Source: Oopsacas minuta (lineage: Eukaryota > Animalia > Porifera). Taken from it: a DNA stretch of 64,000 nt. The stretch lies in assembly GCA_024704765.1 (NCBI GenBank), contig JAKMXF010000133.1, positions 310,001 through 374,000 on the forward strand. The letters run 5' to 3'. Below are positions 33,599 through 44,104 of this stretch, in pieces. The translations under genes were made by a program, and so were the position numbers. The notes under the pieces are model-generated. The model was not told where the DNA came from. It saw only the letters and a list, made by a program, of their open reading frames with translations, and did no database searches. The number at the start of each line of letters is the position of its first letter. Position 1 is the first letter of the stretch.

Positions 33599-33909
33599 AT
33601 AAACATTTCAATGAAATTTCATCACAAAAATAATAAAATTACTGTTAGAATAAATTCCGTTTAACTAATTGAATTATAAAATATTTGTATAGCTAATACG
33701 ATTAGTATATATTCTAGTGAATTGTGTGGGGTAATAGAAGCTCAATAATGCTTGGGTTTAATGTAAGTTGCATGGACAATGGAAAGCAATAGATCGCTAG
33801 CATGGCAATAATTATTAGAGGCCCAAATCAAACTAGGAGCATCTATTACATCAGATACAAACTGAGTTAGAGTAAATAATTAATCGAGTCTTAAAAGTTA
33901 AAGAGACAA

Positions 33910-34254
33910 ATGGCGAGCAGCAATCAAGGAACGACGGATAAAAATACAAATTTACCAATTAGCAAGGTTAAGTTTTTGATGAAATCGGCGCCAAATCCTG
34001 GCGCCATTTCTAATGAAGCGCTCTTAATAGCAACACATTCAGCAGAAATGTTCTTGGAAAAAATAATAACAGAGGTTTATGAGAAAAGTGACAAGTCAAA
34101 GAGCAAAAAGATTACTTATCAAGACTTAGCCCGCTCAATAAACGAAAACGAAGTGTATGAGTTCCTCGGTGACATTGCTCCTTTGAAAGTAAACGCAATT
34201 GAAGCGAAAGAAATATATGCAAGGAGTCAGGAAACACCCGAACAGACGGATTAA
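33910..34254 (+). CDS. CHRAC1: Histone-fold protein, CHRAC1-like
   Basis: LPISKVKFLMKSAP...ISNEAL...AEMFL...ITYQDLA...YEFLGDIAPLKV fits the H2A-like fold of CHRAC1/POLE4, closer to CHRAC1. Confidence 0.7.
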   Translation: MASSNQGTTDKNTNLPISKVKFLMKSAPNPGAISNEALLIATHSAEMFLEKIITEVYEKSDKSKSKKITYQDLARSINENEVYEFLGDIAPLKVNAIEAKEIYARSQETPEQTD

Positions 34255-34964
34255 GATAGCAAGACATAAGTACCTTAGACGATATTTAAGCTAGGCTACA
34301 ATTATTCTCCCCAATCTGAATATACTCATTTAACATAATTAGCTGGAATCTGTGCATGCCTTGAAACCTTTTATTCTGTCAAATAACTCTCAATAATAAC
34401 TATATTGTCTACATTATACGTGATTATCACATGTATTATATATTATTGGGCTTGGAAGACATTAAATCTTTCGGAGATAATAAATTCTTTCGAATAAAGT
34501 TTTGTATACCGATATGAACACACATGGATTCTTTAAAATAAGAATTATCTATGTGTTAGCTGCATGACGTGAAGCCAATGGCAGCATGAGAATATTGTAC
34601 AATTGATTTCTACCTTTAAAACGTTTTGAATGTAGATTGCAACACAACAAATATGTTTGTTAATATTTTCTCCAATTAGAGAAAGGATGTTCAAATAAAT
34701 TTGCAAAAATAGTTCTACACGGCTGAGAGAATACATAACTAGTAATAACCTGAATTCTACAAGGTGTGAAGATTTGGCTACAAAGTGTAACATGGTAAAA
34801 CCCAAATTTCACCTTTCTGGCCCTTGCCATCTCCAATACACAGAACAATATATCCAAACATTGAATTCACCGAAGCACCAAAAGCTGAATAAACATACTA
34901 AACATGAATGGAGGTTCTTAAAGTTCATAGAAATGCATTTTAGAGTTTATCTGCTGGATATAAT

Positions 34965-36538
34965 TCACTTCAAAAACCCTTGATTTTGCAGATTAATAAT
35001 ACTATCAGCTACAATTCGTCCTGTTACAGCTTGATAACCACCAGAAGTAACCATTAATATGGGTATATTTCTACTTCTACATTCTCTCCAAGTAATCTCA
35101 TCTCTAGCTATAACTCCCTCTCTCGTAATGTCTAGGGCACCTAATCTATCATTAATGAGAATATCAGTACCTGCATTATATATAACCATGTCAGGTCTGA
35201 ATGTATCCAGAGCATTGGGGATATGCTCACGTAAGAGAGGTAGATATGTATCGTCATCTGTTTTAGGAGCTATTTCTACTTTCAAATCTATTCCAGCCTT
35301 TGCTTCTCTGTCTGCTGGATAGATTCCCCTAAGATTGATGTAGATGAATACAGAAATATTCCAACCTTGAGCTGCATATCTCATATAACAAACAAAAGCC
35401 AATTTTTTACAACTAATAATTTGCCTATTGGGCGGATGGCAGGGCCGTCTAAGCCCCTAATCCACTTTGAATTTGCCTCTTAAATTTCAATACCAAATCA
35501 TAATCTTAATAAGCTACCACAAGGCCATATTAAACACACAAGACATACAATACATTATTGCCAGTTATAATCGCTCTATGATGAACAATACGAAATCCAA
35601 CTCTGAATTACAGTAGTATTCATGTGTGGATAATTTCTTCACCTGAGAGCTATATATTTCTAAACATGGAAGATAAGTAGACTAGCTATTTTTACCTGTT
35701 ATACACATCAAGTATAAAGACTCTCTTATCCGAAATGAAATCTGTTTCGTGTCCGTTACCCTGATGAGCGTCTAGGTCTATTATCATAACCTTCTTAACA
35801 AGCTCTGTCATGTAATTGAATAGATAATGAATACAAATGCTAATGTCTGCGTAAAAACAGAATCCACCACCTCTGTCATTGGAGCAGTGATGGAATCCTC
35901 CTCCTAGGTTGATAGACCAGCCTCTCTCCATCGCTAATTTCCCGCCTAGAATAGTACCTCCTGTCTAAAAACGAAATAACATAACGGGATATATTGTCGC
36001 GGTCCCTTGAGCTTCGATTTAACGGGAGGTGAGTGTATATAGCAAGTCACCCATTTTATTGCTGAAGCACAGTAAAAATACATACCTACATGTGAAGGAG
36101 ATCGTTAAATGAACATTGCTACAGAATACTCACTTGATATCTGATTGGCGTGAGCAATACTTTTTGTACTAAGAAGTTGGGTAAGGCAGAAAGAGGAGGT
36201 ATTTCTGCTATCATTGCTACATTAAGACTAGTAGTAAGTGAGTCAATATATCTCCTCGTGTGATGAGTTAATAGTTCAACATCATTAATCTGTAGAGGCT
36301 GTACACTCTGTCCTTTAGTTACTAAGATACCTGCCTCAATCAAAAACTTGTAAATATTCCCCCATTTCTGTGTATCGAATGGATGGAGCTTTTCTAGCCC
36401 AAAGAATGATATATCGTAATCAGAGCAATATATGATAGGTAATTGTGTAGGTTTAATATCTAGATACAGTCTAGGGGAGGAGGGCGGAGCTATGGGCTTC
36501 GATGTGGGCTCTTCAGTACTAATATTATCCTCGCTCAT
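34965..36538 (-). CDS. HDAC11: Histone deacetylase 11 (class IV), 3 exons
   Basis: YDISFFGLEKLHPFDTQKWG | TGGTILGGKLAMERGWSINLGGGFHHCS...GGGFCFYADI...IIDLDAHQGNGHE | YNAGTDIL..DRLG...SGGYQ; introns 35965-36133 and 35329-35695. Confidence 0.95.
35990..36035 (-). mobile_element. MITE family A, partial copy in HDAC11 intron 1
   Basis: gtcgcggtcccttgagcttcgatttaacgggaggtgagtg|ta matches one end of the family. Confidence 0.7.
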
Positions 36539-36825
36539 TCTGTAATAGCACTTATAGCTGATAGATGATATAACACAAACAGAAATTATATAGTAGTATG
36601 GTAATCTCATAAATTGGACATCTGTAGACAACTTATGAGATCCCTCTTGGAAGTTCTGAGCTAAATATAGTACAAAATATGTTGTTTTAGCAGTCGCTAA
36701 TTCGATTAGAAAAGCCAAAAATGATTTGTTAAATTTGTTTTCTTATAACTTATAAGAGAAATAACATGCAACAAGCAAGATCTCTATTAACAAATTATTC
36801 TCTAATAATAACTAATACAAATGCT

Positions 36826-38201
36826 TTAATCTACAATCTCAGTATCAGAAGCACTCTCCTCAAGAGCTGTGTCCAACCAGTCTACCATTCTCTTCATATT
36901 CTCCAGGAACATGTTCTTGCCTTTATCTATATGTACTTCATAGAACCATTTTAGTACTGCATCCTCTACTATGACGTCATGCATGTATAGCAATAAAATT
37001 ATTTTATGGAATAGCTGCATGAATTCTATATTGTCATAACAGAAGTCTTGTAGCTTTATTAGGAAGATAAGTTGTGATTTACCAGTTTGTGCGAACTTCT
37101 GTAGAATACAGGAGTATGTTTCTAGTTGTGTGAGTACATATTCTGCTACCTGTTCTTCTTTCCAGTTCCACTCGCTAGCAGGGAGGATCGAGCGCCAGAG
37201 TGTCCAACAGATATCTGAATCAATCAGATTATTCTGCGCGTCTTTCGCTACCTCCTCCAGTTCGTCAATGCTCGGAGTGTCTTGAGTCAAAATGTCGTCG
37301 AATTTAGCCTTGAGATCTTTTTTGTGAATATTAGTGACTTGTATTCTCTGGAAATCAGCTAGCGGCTGGAGACTGTTGTCAAGGAAATGTTTCTGGAATT
37401 CATCAGGAGAGGATTTAGAAGCTGGGAAGAATCTGTCCAACTTATCGTCCAGCTGTGCCCTTCTAAGTACCATACTTACATGTGAAATATCTTTCTCTCG
37501 TAACCAGCTCCTGGATATTATACAAATATTACCATGGATAACTTTATAAGATTAATGAAAACTTACTGAAATACTTGTGTTATGAAAGTCAATGAATGTC
37601 CTTCTTTAACCAGAATATCCGTAGTGTGTAAGTTGTTAAGAATACTAGCACTTAACAGCTGATTAGAGAGGAAAAGTGCAGTTATTTTCGCGAGTTTGGA
37701 TCTGTGATTTTCATCAAATCGATTAATAAATTTCAGAATTTTCTTCATTTCTTCTTCCCAAAGTCTCTCCAAATATTTGTATCTTCGTAAAATCTGTATA
37801 AACACGTTATTGAAGTCTTTTATAGTTTCCAGATCATCATACTGTCCGAACACACATCTCTCCGTTACTCCAGCCTGTACAGTCCCTCCCTGACCCAGGA
37901 CCCCACCCACAATAAGAATATCCAGTAGCACGTCATAGTACGTCCTAAAGTTTAGTTTACCTCCTGCATCAATAAGGTACTGAGCTAATCCAGCATTGTC
38001 TCCTGCCTGACTCAATCCCTGTAGAATTGAGTCTTTGAATCCGCTACGGTCGTATTTTACTACTTCAGTACGTTTACGTGTCTTTATCTTAGGCCCTGCT
38101 AGCGTAGGTTTAGCCTGACTCACACTTGCTGTTGCTTTAGCCTGACTCACACCTGCTGTTGCTTTAGCCTGACTCCCACTTGCTGTAGGTTGATTGCTCA
38201 T
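36826..38201 (-). CDS. BZW: eIF5-mimic protein BZW1/2 (5MP), 2 exons, intron 37511-37566
   Basis: KPTLAGPKIKTRKR, DILIVGGVLGQGG, RRYKYLER, W2 domain ending FLENMKRMVDWLDTALEES. Confidence 0.9.
38108..38180 (-). repeat. Three ~24-bp tandem repeats encoding (S/V)SQAK(AT/PT) units in the BZW N-terminus
   Basis: tttagcctgactc recurs three times at 24-bp spacing; protein GSQAKATAG-VSQAKATAS-VSQAKPT. Confidence 0.85.
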
Positions 38202-38300
38202 TTAATTCTAATTACTGCATTAGAAAAAATTCGTGCATAAAATTTTTTCCATTAACTTAGCTGTAATCGCATAGAATCTCATTAGAGATAGTTTGGTATA

Positions 38301-38459
38301 CAGTTAACTCCCGAAGCTCAAGGGACCGCGATAATTACTTCGATATAGCCGACGAAATATATGTCACTTTGACGGTTTAGGATCATATTTGTACAATTTA
38401 AGACTTCATATAAGCGGGTATTTCCATATATCCGTGTTCGATATAGCAGGAGTTGACTG
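38301..38459 (+). mobile_element. MITE family A (Tc1/pogo-like: CAGT(T/C)AACTCC terminal inverted repeats, TA flanks), complete copy
   Basis: ta|cagttaactcc ... ggagttgactg|ta; internal aagctcaagggaccgcgataa and atatccgtgttcgat shared with other copies. Confidence 0.85.
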
Positions 38460-38487
38460 TATTTGTACAAATACTTAACAAATATAA

Positions 38488-39678
38488 TCAAACAATACTA
38501 GGAAATGGATTTTGTTTACTAACGACAACCTTCTGATGTTGTTGTGAGATATATCCTCGTACCATATCACTATGTATCAAGTTAGCAATAATACAATGTG
38601 CCTGATCACTGTCTGCTCCCTCTCCCTCGCTATCTCCTAACTTCAGTGCAGCTACAAACGCGTCAATAGGCAGCATTGAAGTGCCAAGTAATAACCAAAC
38701 TCTCTTGAAAAGATTACGGTAAGCGATCATACGCAATTTCTCTACTAATAAGAATATGCCAGAGCGAATAAAGAATATTTGCTGAGAATTTGTAGTCTGT
38801 GTGAACAGCTTAATATTCCCTGTACAGACAGCTTCTACTAAACTACTGAATTGAGTAAGTTTATATTTCTCAAGCAACACAGGTGAAGGCATAACTCCAT
38901 TCAATATCCTTAATGGAATAAGATAGATCAGTATCAGCTGTTTGTTTTTGAACTGCGATTTATCACATTCCACAAAAGCTTTAGCCATGCAACCAACAGC
39001 CCCCTTGAACTCTCCATCCAGTATCTTCTTACGCCCCAAGAAGTATAAATAGGTGACGTGATCAGCTTTTGTAACATTCTCCTCAATATTAAACTTTTCT
39101 ACTGTTCTAATCAAAGGCACACACAGATGTAACTGATTTATTTTGAAGTATATTTTGAACAGCTGATTAACCAGAAATAGTATACTACTCTTCCTGCTTG
39201 TATCACCCTCCTGTCTACTATCTTGCACACAGGACCTGAACAACTCTCTCAGCTGTTCGATAACCTTCTCAAGGAGGAGACCAGATTTAGTCTTCTTCTC
39301 GTAAGACAGGATCTTATCAGCTTTGTAAGCTATTATCCTAAGATTCAATACAATACCATGCATTAATGGAAGAGCCCAACTTTCAGAAGCTTCCTCATTG
39401 AGTTTAATGAACAGCTGTAAGAGTTGTAGCTGAGATTCAAACGCTTCTATGTATTGCTTAGAGTATAACGAGTATAGACAGTCTAGATGGGATACAGTTA
39501 AGTTACTGAGTGGAGAAGGGAGACGTTGTGTACATCTAGTTCTGTAGTTATCACTTACTATAGTATGTGAATGACAATGGGGATCTTCTAGAGATAGGAG
39601 AGCACGACATCTGGTCCCATCGCTCTGTCCCCATGCTGTATGTAGGTTATACAGATAGTTGTCGATAGTATCTGACAT
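38488..39678 (-). CDS. PCID2: PCI domain-containing protein 2 (TREX-2 subunit), single exon
   Basis: LVNQLFKIYFKINQLHLCVPLIR, VTYLYFLGRK, CIIANLI...VRGYISQQHQKVVVSKQNPFP. Confidence 0.92.
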   Translation of the reverse strand: MSDTIDNYLYNLHTAWGQSDGTRCRALLSLEDPHCHSHTIVSDNYRTRCTQRLPSPLSNLTVSHLDCLYSLYSKQYIEAFESQLQLLQLFIKLNEEASESWALPLMHGIVLNLRIIAYKADKILSYEKKTKSGLLLEKVIEQLRELFRSCVQDSRQEGDTSRKSSILFLVNQLFKIYFKINQLHLCVPLIRTVEKFNIEENVTKADHVTYLYFLGRKKILDGEFKGAVGCMAKAFVECDKSQFKNKQLILIYLIPLRILNGVMPSPVLLEKYKLTQFSSLVEAVCTGNIKLFTQTTNSQQIFFIRSGIFLLVEKLRMIAYRNLFKRVWLLLGTSMLPIDAFVAALKLGDSEGEGADSDQAHCIIANLIHSDMVRGYISQQHQKVVVSKQNPFPSIV

Positions 39679-39711
39679 TCTAATACAGAATTAGAATATG
39701 AAAGCAATGTA

Positions 39712-39858
39712 TAGTCAACTCCCATTATATCTAACACGGATATAGACCATATGAAATGGTACAAATATGATCCCAAACCGTCAAAGTAACATATTTCTTT
39801 GATTATATCGATTTATTTATCGCGGTCCCTTGAGCTTGGATATAACAGGAGTTTACTG
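39712..39858 (-). mobile_element. MITE family A, complete copy in reverse orientation, 34 bp upstream of the PCID2 ATG
   Basis: ta|tagtcaactccc...aacacggatat...atcgcggtcccttgagctt...ggagtttactg|ta. Confidence 0.82.
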
Positions 39859-40142
39859 TACTATTTAATGTAGGATTTACCAGTTCCTTGTCCTCAATAA
39901 ACAGACCGCGGGGTGTGTTCCGATCACAATACGGCATAATAACCCCTAATTCATTCAGTCCGGAATGCCATTAATAAGAGTGTAATAACAAATAATTACA
40001 AATATTGTATATTCACATATGATAATTATAGCATATCTACAGAGTACCAATAGTTGCTAATTATGAAAATCGAACACGGGATACTCAATGATTTGTAAGT
40101 TAAAATATAACAGATGTAGTCTGTTCATAGAGCAGATAATAT

Positions 40143-43069
40143 TCAGGTAAATGATACAACTATGTAATCATCATCTTCTGGAGTAGCATCAGAATCTCTT
40201 TGCAGGTCACCATTCGTTTCAAAGAAGTCTTCTGGCATTAGCTGTGAGTTTGTTGATGAATCAGATTTCTGTGAATGTGTTTTCTCCAGCCGGATTATAT
40301 GCTCTGTGGATATTGACATTGTTAGATTGTTCGTGTCTTCCTTCTCAAGGATAGAGAACATATGATATATCTCTGATTTTACAGTGCTCATGATCTATTG
40401 TTGTTAAAATTATAATAAACATGATCGTACTAAAACCAATTTTTGGTTTCTTTCCTAAACGTAAAGATAATTATTTAGCTCCCTATTGGATCCATAGGCT
40501 AGCTGTTAAAACATAAAACGGCTAATTGTTAGGGTCGTGACAGAGAAAGGAGACGCTCATTTTTTAGGAAATAATCACAAACATCTACACCCAACTGGCT
40601 TAATAACTCGCCAGGAACAAAACCATGCAAATAGAGCAAACTTGATTAACCTAAATTCTGCTTAATACGGTCAAAATGGCTTGAAGATACCTTAGTTAGC
40701 GGAGCCTAGTGTATGTACTTCACCATAACTTACTGAATAAGCTTGATCACAGAAATCTAGAAATTCTTGATAACTCCTACAGTAGAATCCCAGCGTAGCA
40801 GATGGATCTAGTTTGTGACAGGATAGTTTCTTAGGTCCAGGACAATGATAAGTCTAGTTAGACAACAATAAAATACAGCAATACATAATATAACTGTATT
40901 CACATACGTGATATTCTCTCTGTATGTTCTTTACAAGTGATTGGGATACATGAGGATCAAGACAAATCAGAGAATCCCCTAAACAATTAATAATATAAAC
41001 TACCGCAAATACTGTCAACTCTCATTATATTGAAGCTCAAGGGACTGCGATAATTACTTGGATATAAGCGGAGTTCGATACAAACAGATGAAATATGTTA
41101 CAAAGAAGATTAGTGACCATATTCGTAGAATTTCAGACTTGGATATAAGCGGGTATTTGGACATATCCGTGTTCGATGTAACGGCAGTTGAATGTACAGC
41201 AAAATTATAATATATACCTTGAAAACCTAAGAAATAAAGAGAGTGTTTAGGTTTCCCTCCAATCATTCCGAGTGAGTAAGGTAGAGCTAAGAATTGCTAT
41301 AAAAGATCATAAAATAAATACAAATTACAACCATGAGATAACCAATGTATTTAGATGATTAAATACAATTTCTACATAGATAACCTATAACTGAATGATC
41401 ATACTACAGAACAGTTATATACCTTGACACAATGCGCGTAATCCTGATTGAAGTTATCCTTACCCAGTCTCACGGGTATGTAGATTATTATTGCCGTATT
41501 AGAATCTCCGTTGGGACAGAATTCATTCACATTCATAAGTGCAGCAACCTCACTACGGTATACTACCAGAGATATGTGTTCATAATATGAACTTATCATT
41601 TAACACTTCAACTTACTTGTACAATCTCTTGCTATGTAAATATGTAAATTCTCAAAGTTTTCTGGATGATAATGCTTCGCTTCACAAAGCGCATCTCTAA
41701 AACATATGAATAATATGAATTATACTAAATATATTGGAATTGTATGTTACACACTAACCTGAGTACAAATGAAACCTGAGATGGTCCATACCAGTCTCCT
41801 GGCTTTTTACCACTAACTATTCCCAATCTACACAAATTGTGTATAGAGAATGGATACTCACTACCAGGGATATCTAAGAACCATTGGAGAATCTCTATGT
41901 GCTGTCTGATCCCTCTGTTGTCACTATCATCCAGTCTCCAATCCCTTCCTAATCTGTGAGAAATGAGACCATTAGCTAGCATCATCTGTCCTGTGCGGAT
42001 CATACAACCCCACCCGCAGTCCGAGGTTAGGTTAGATCTGTCTAGAGAGGAGAAGTTCTTGCGATAAGTGATCCATATCCTCGTCTGGAAGTCTCTCACA
42101 AACTGTATCAGGTGATCTGGTAAGATCTCTGAGTCATCAAGTTTACCACCTATCTGTCTGCTTGTGTGCTCTAATACAAACAATAAATATCTAACAATAG
42201 CCGTATAATGAATTAACTCACTGATAGGAGGGTTTGTATCCATGTAATGCACTCCCATAAGCCATATAGGTCTATCAGAGAACTGAGCTTTCGGTTTCGT
42301 AGGAATAGCTGTAAGAATAGAATCAATGTATAAATCTAGCAAATAGATTTAGTATCTACTAATTACCATTCTTAATGCTGTACCATGAATTTAACATAGC
42401 AGTTCTCCAGTTTGTGGGATCTAACGCATATACAGATTGAGATCTATTGAGTTTCTTAATCTTCTTATTCTTCTGTTTAGGTAAATGTGTGTCTGGTTCA
42501 GAGACAGGAGCAGGTTTGGGGAGCTCTGCTATCGGCTGTCTCAAAACAGGGAATGACGAGTTCGGTTGTAAGATCGGTCCCATATTATCAAAGGCAGTAA
42601 GAGAAGACATAGATGTATCGCTAGCAAATTCAGCTACACATTTATTTTGGTAGTTCTCTTGAGAATTAGGTGTGTTAATAGAGCCAATAGAAGCATGTAT
42701 AACGGAGTAGCTCCGCTCTCTCGACCGAAAGGCATTACTATCCGCCTCGAAGAGGAGACCATAGTCTGTTTCAAGGATAGCAGGAGTTAGATTTTCATAA
42801 GGACTCACTCCATATGGACCTGTCTCTTTAGTATTTAAAGTAGAACCACTAGTATCTAGTTTATCAGTAGGATCTGGTATAGGAACACATGCAGATATAG
42901 CTGTAATAAGTTGTGATTTAGTGTGGAATGTAGATTTCCCGAAATTAGGAAGATTTGTATCTTTCTCGGTTAGAATTTTGTTATTTTCAAAAGGATACTC
43001 ACCTTCCCTGATTGTGTTATCTAGCTGGTTAGCATCATGACGAATCTCCATTGTATATGCTGCCATCAT
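40143..43069 (-). CDS. ATG4: ATG4 cysteine protease (ATG4C/D-like), multi-exon with long N-terminal extension
   Basis: IWITYRKNF...TSDCGWGCMIRTGQMMLA, GKKPGDWYGPS | IPVRLG | IGGKPKHSLYFLGFQG | LICLDPH | TYHCPGPKKL...LDPSATLGFYC | C-terminal LIR-like DDDYIVV. Exon boundaries only partly resolved. Confidence 0.9.
41012..41194 (+). mobile_element. MITE family A, complete degenerate copy in an ATG4 intron
   Basis: ta|ctgtcaactctc...gaagctcaagggactgcgataattacttggatat...atatccgtgttcgatgtaacggcagttgaatg|ta. Confidence 0.8.
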
Positions 43070-44104
43070 AAGAAAGGAAGAGCTGCGGCTCTGAAAAGGT
43101 AATAAGAATAAATTGGTCATGTTAAACGAATGAATACAAATACAATAATTATTTATATTTATAGAGAGAACCATATTGATTCACAATAGAAAGCGTATAA
43201 AGCCAGGTCAGAGCTGTAAACACGAGGCTATACGGCTTACACAATTCTAGTTGCCAAGTGAAATACAAAGAAATCTAATTTACAGGAAGTTTAATATTCA
43301 TGGTAGGTATATTGTGTGCTTGGATTCTTTCATATACAATATTATGGTTTATTCGAAATGTTACAAAGATGATATATAATAAAACATGGCCATGAGCAGA
43401 TGTGTATAGCTAGAATTGCAGTAAGCTCTATGGATAAATTAGTAAAAACTACAACTTTCCAAAAAATGAAATAACTGAGAAATAAAATGTGGAGAACTTA
43501 GGAACCAAATTTAAATAATGCCTTGAATATAAAGCCATTTTCCAATGTAACAACGTAATTGTGAAGCCTAATGCAATAATTGAAATGATAAAGCTTTAAA
43601 ACATGAAAGCAAAAGGAAAACATTTTATTTCCTTACATGGTTATGAATAATCCCACAAAAATGGTCATAATTGTTGTAGTGTTTGGTGTGAAGAAACAAA
43701 CAAATAATGATAATCGTAAAAGATATCATTTGTTGTTAAGAAAGAAACTATTTTGTTGAAATATTATTTACGAAATGCAAAATAGAACATTCCAATTAGC
43801 GACTAATGAATTTCAATAAATCATTCTATTTTCTTGTTAGAGGAAGCTACTATGAAATGGTACAACAGAACTAGCAGGAATACTGTAACCCCTAAGATAT
43901 TAGCGAACACTGCGAGCTGGACGTCAGTAATCATGATTCTGTGTGTGTGCGTGTGTAGAGTAGTCTATGAGCTAATATTAATGATAATAATTACTGTAAC
44001 GAATAGTAGAAGATAGATTATTCAAATTGTTTTTGGAATAAATTCAGACCGGTGTAATCAATAGCAATAGCTACAAAAATATGAAATGCATAAATAGAAT
44101 AACA

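Noticed and set aside
35435-35460. GC-rich cagggccgtctaagcccc in HDAC11 intron 2, resembling a DNA-transposon terminus
   Set aside because: No matching opposite end or target-site duplication found.
39905-40082. gggtgtgttccgatc ... tcgaacacggg, a possible Harbinger-like MITE
   Set aside because: Inverted match too weak and no convincing target-site duplication.
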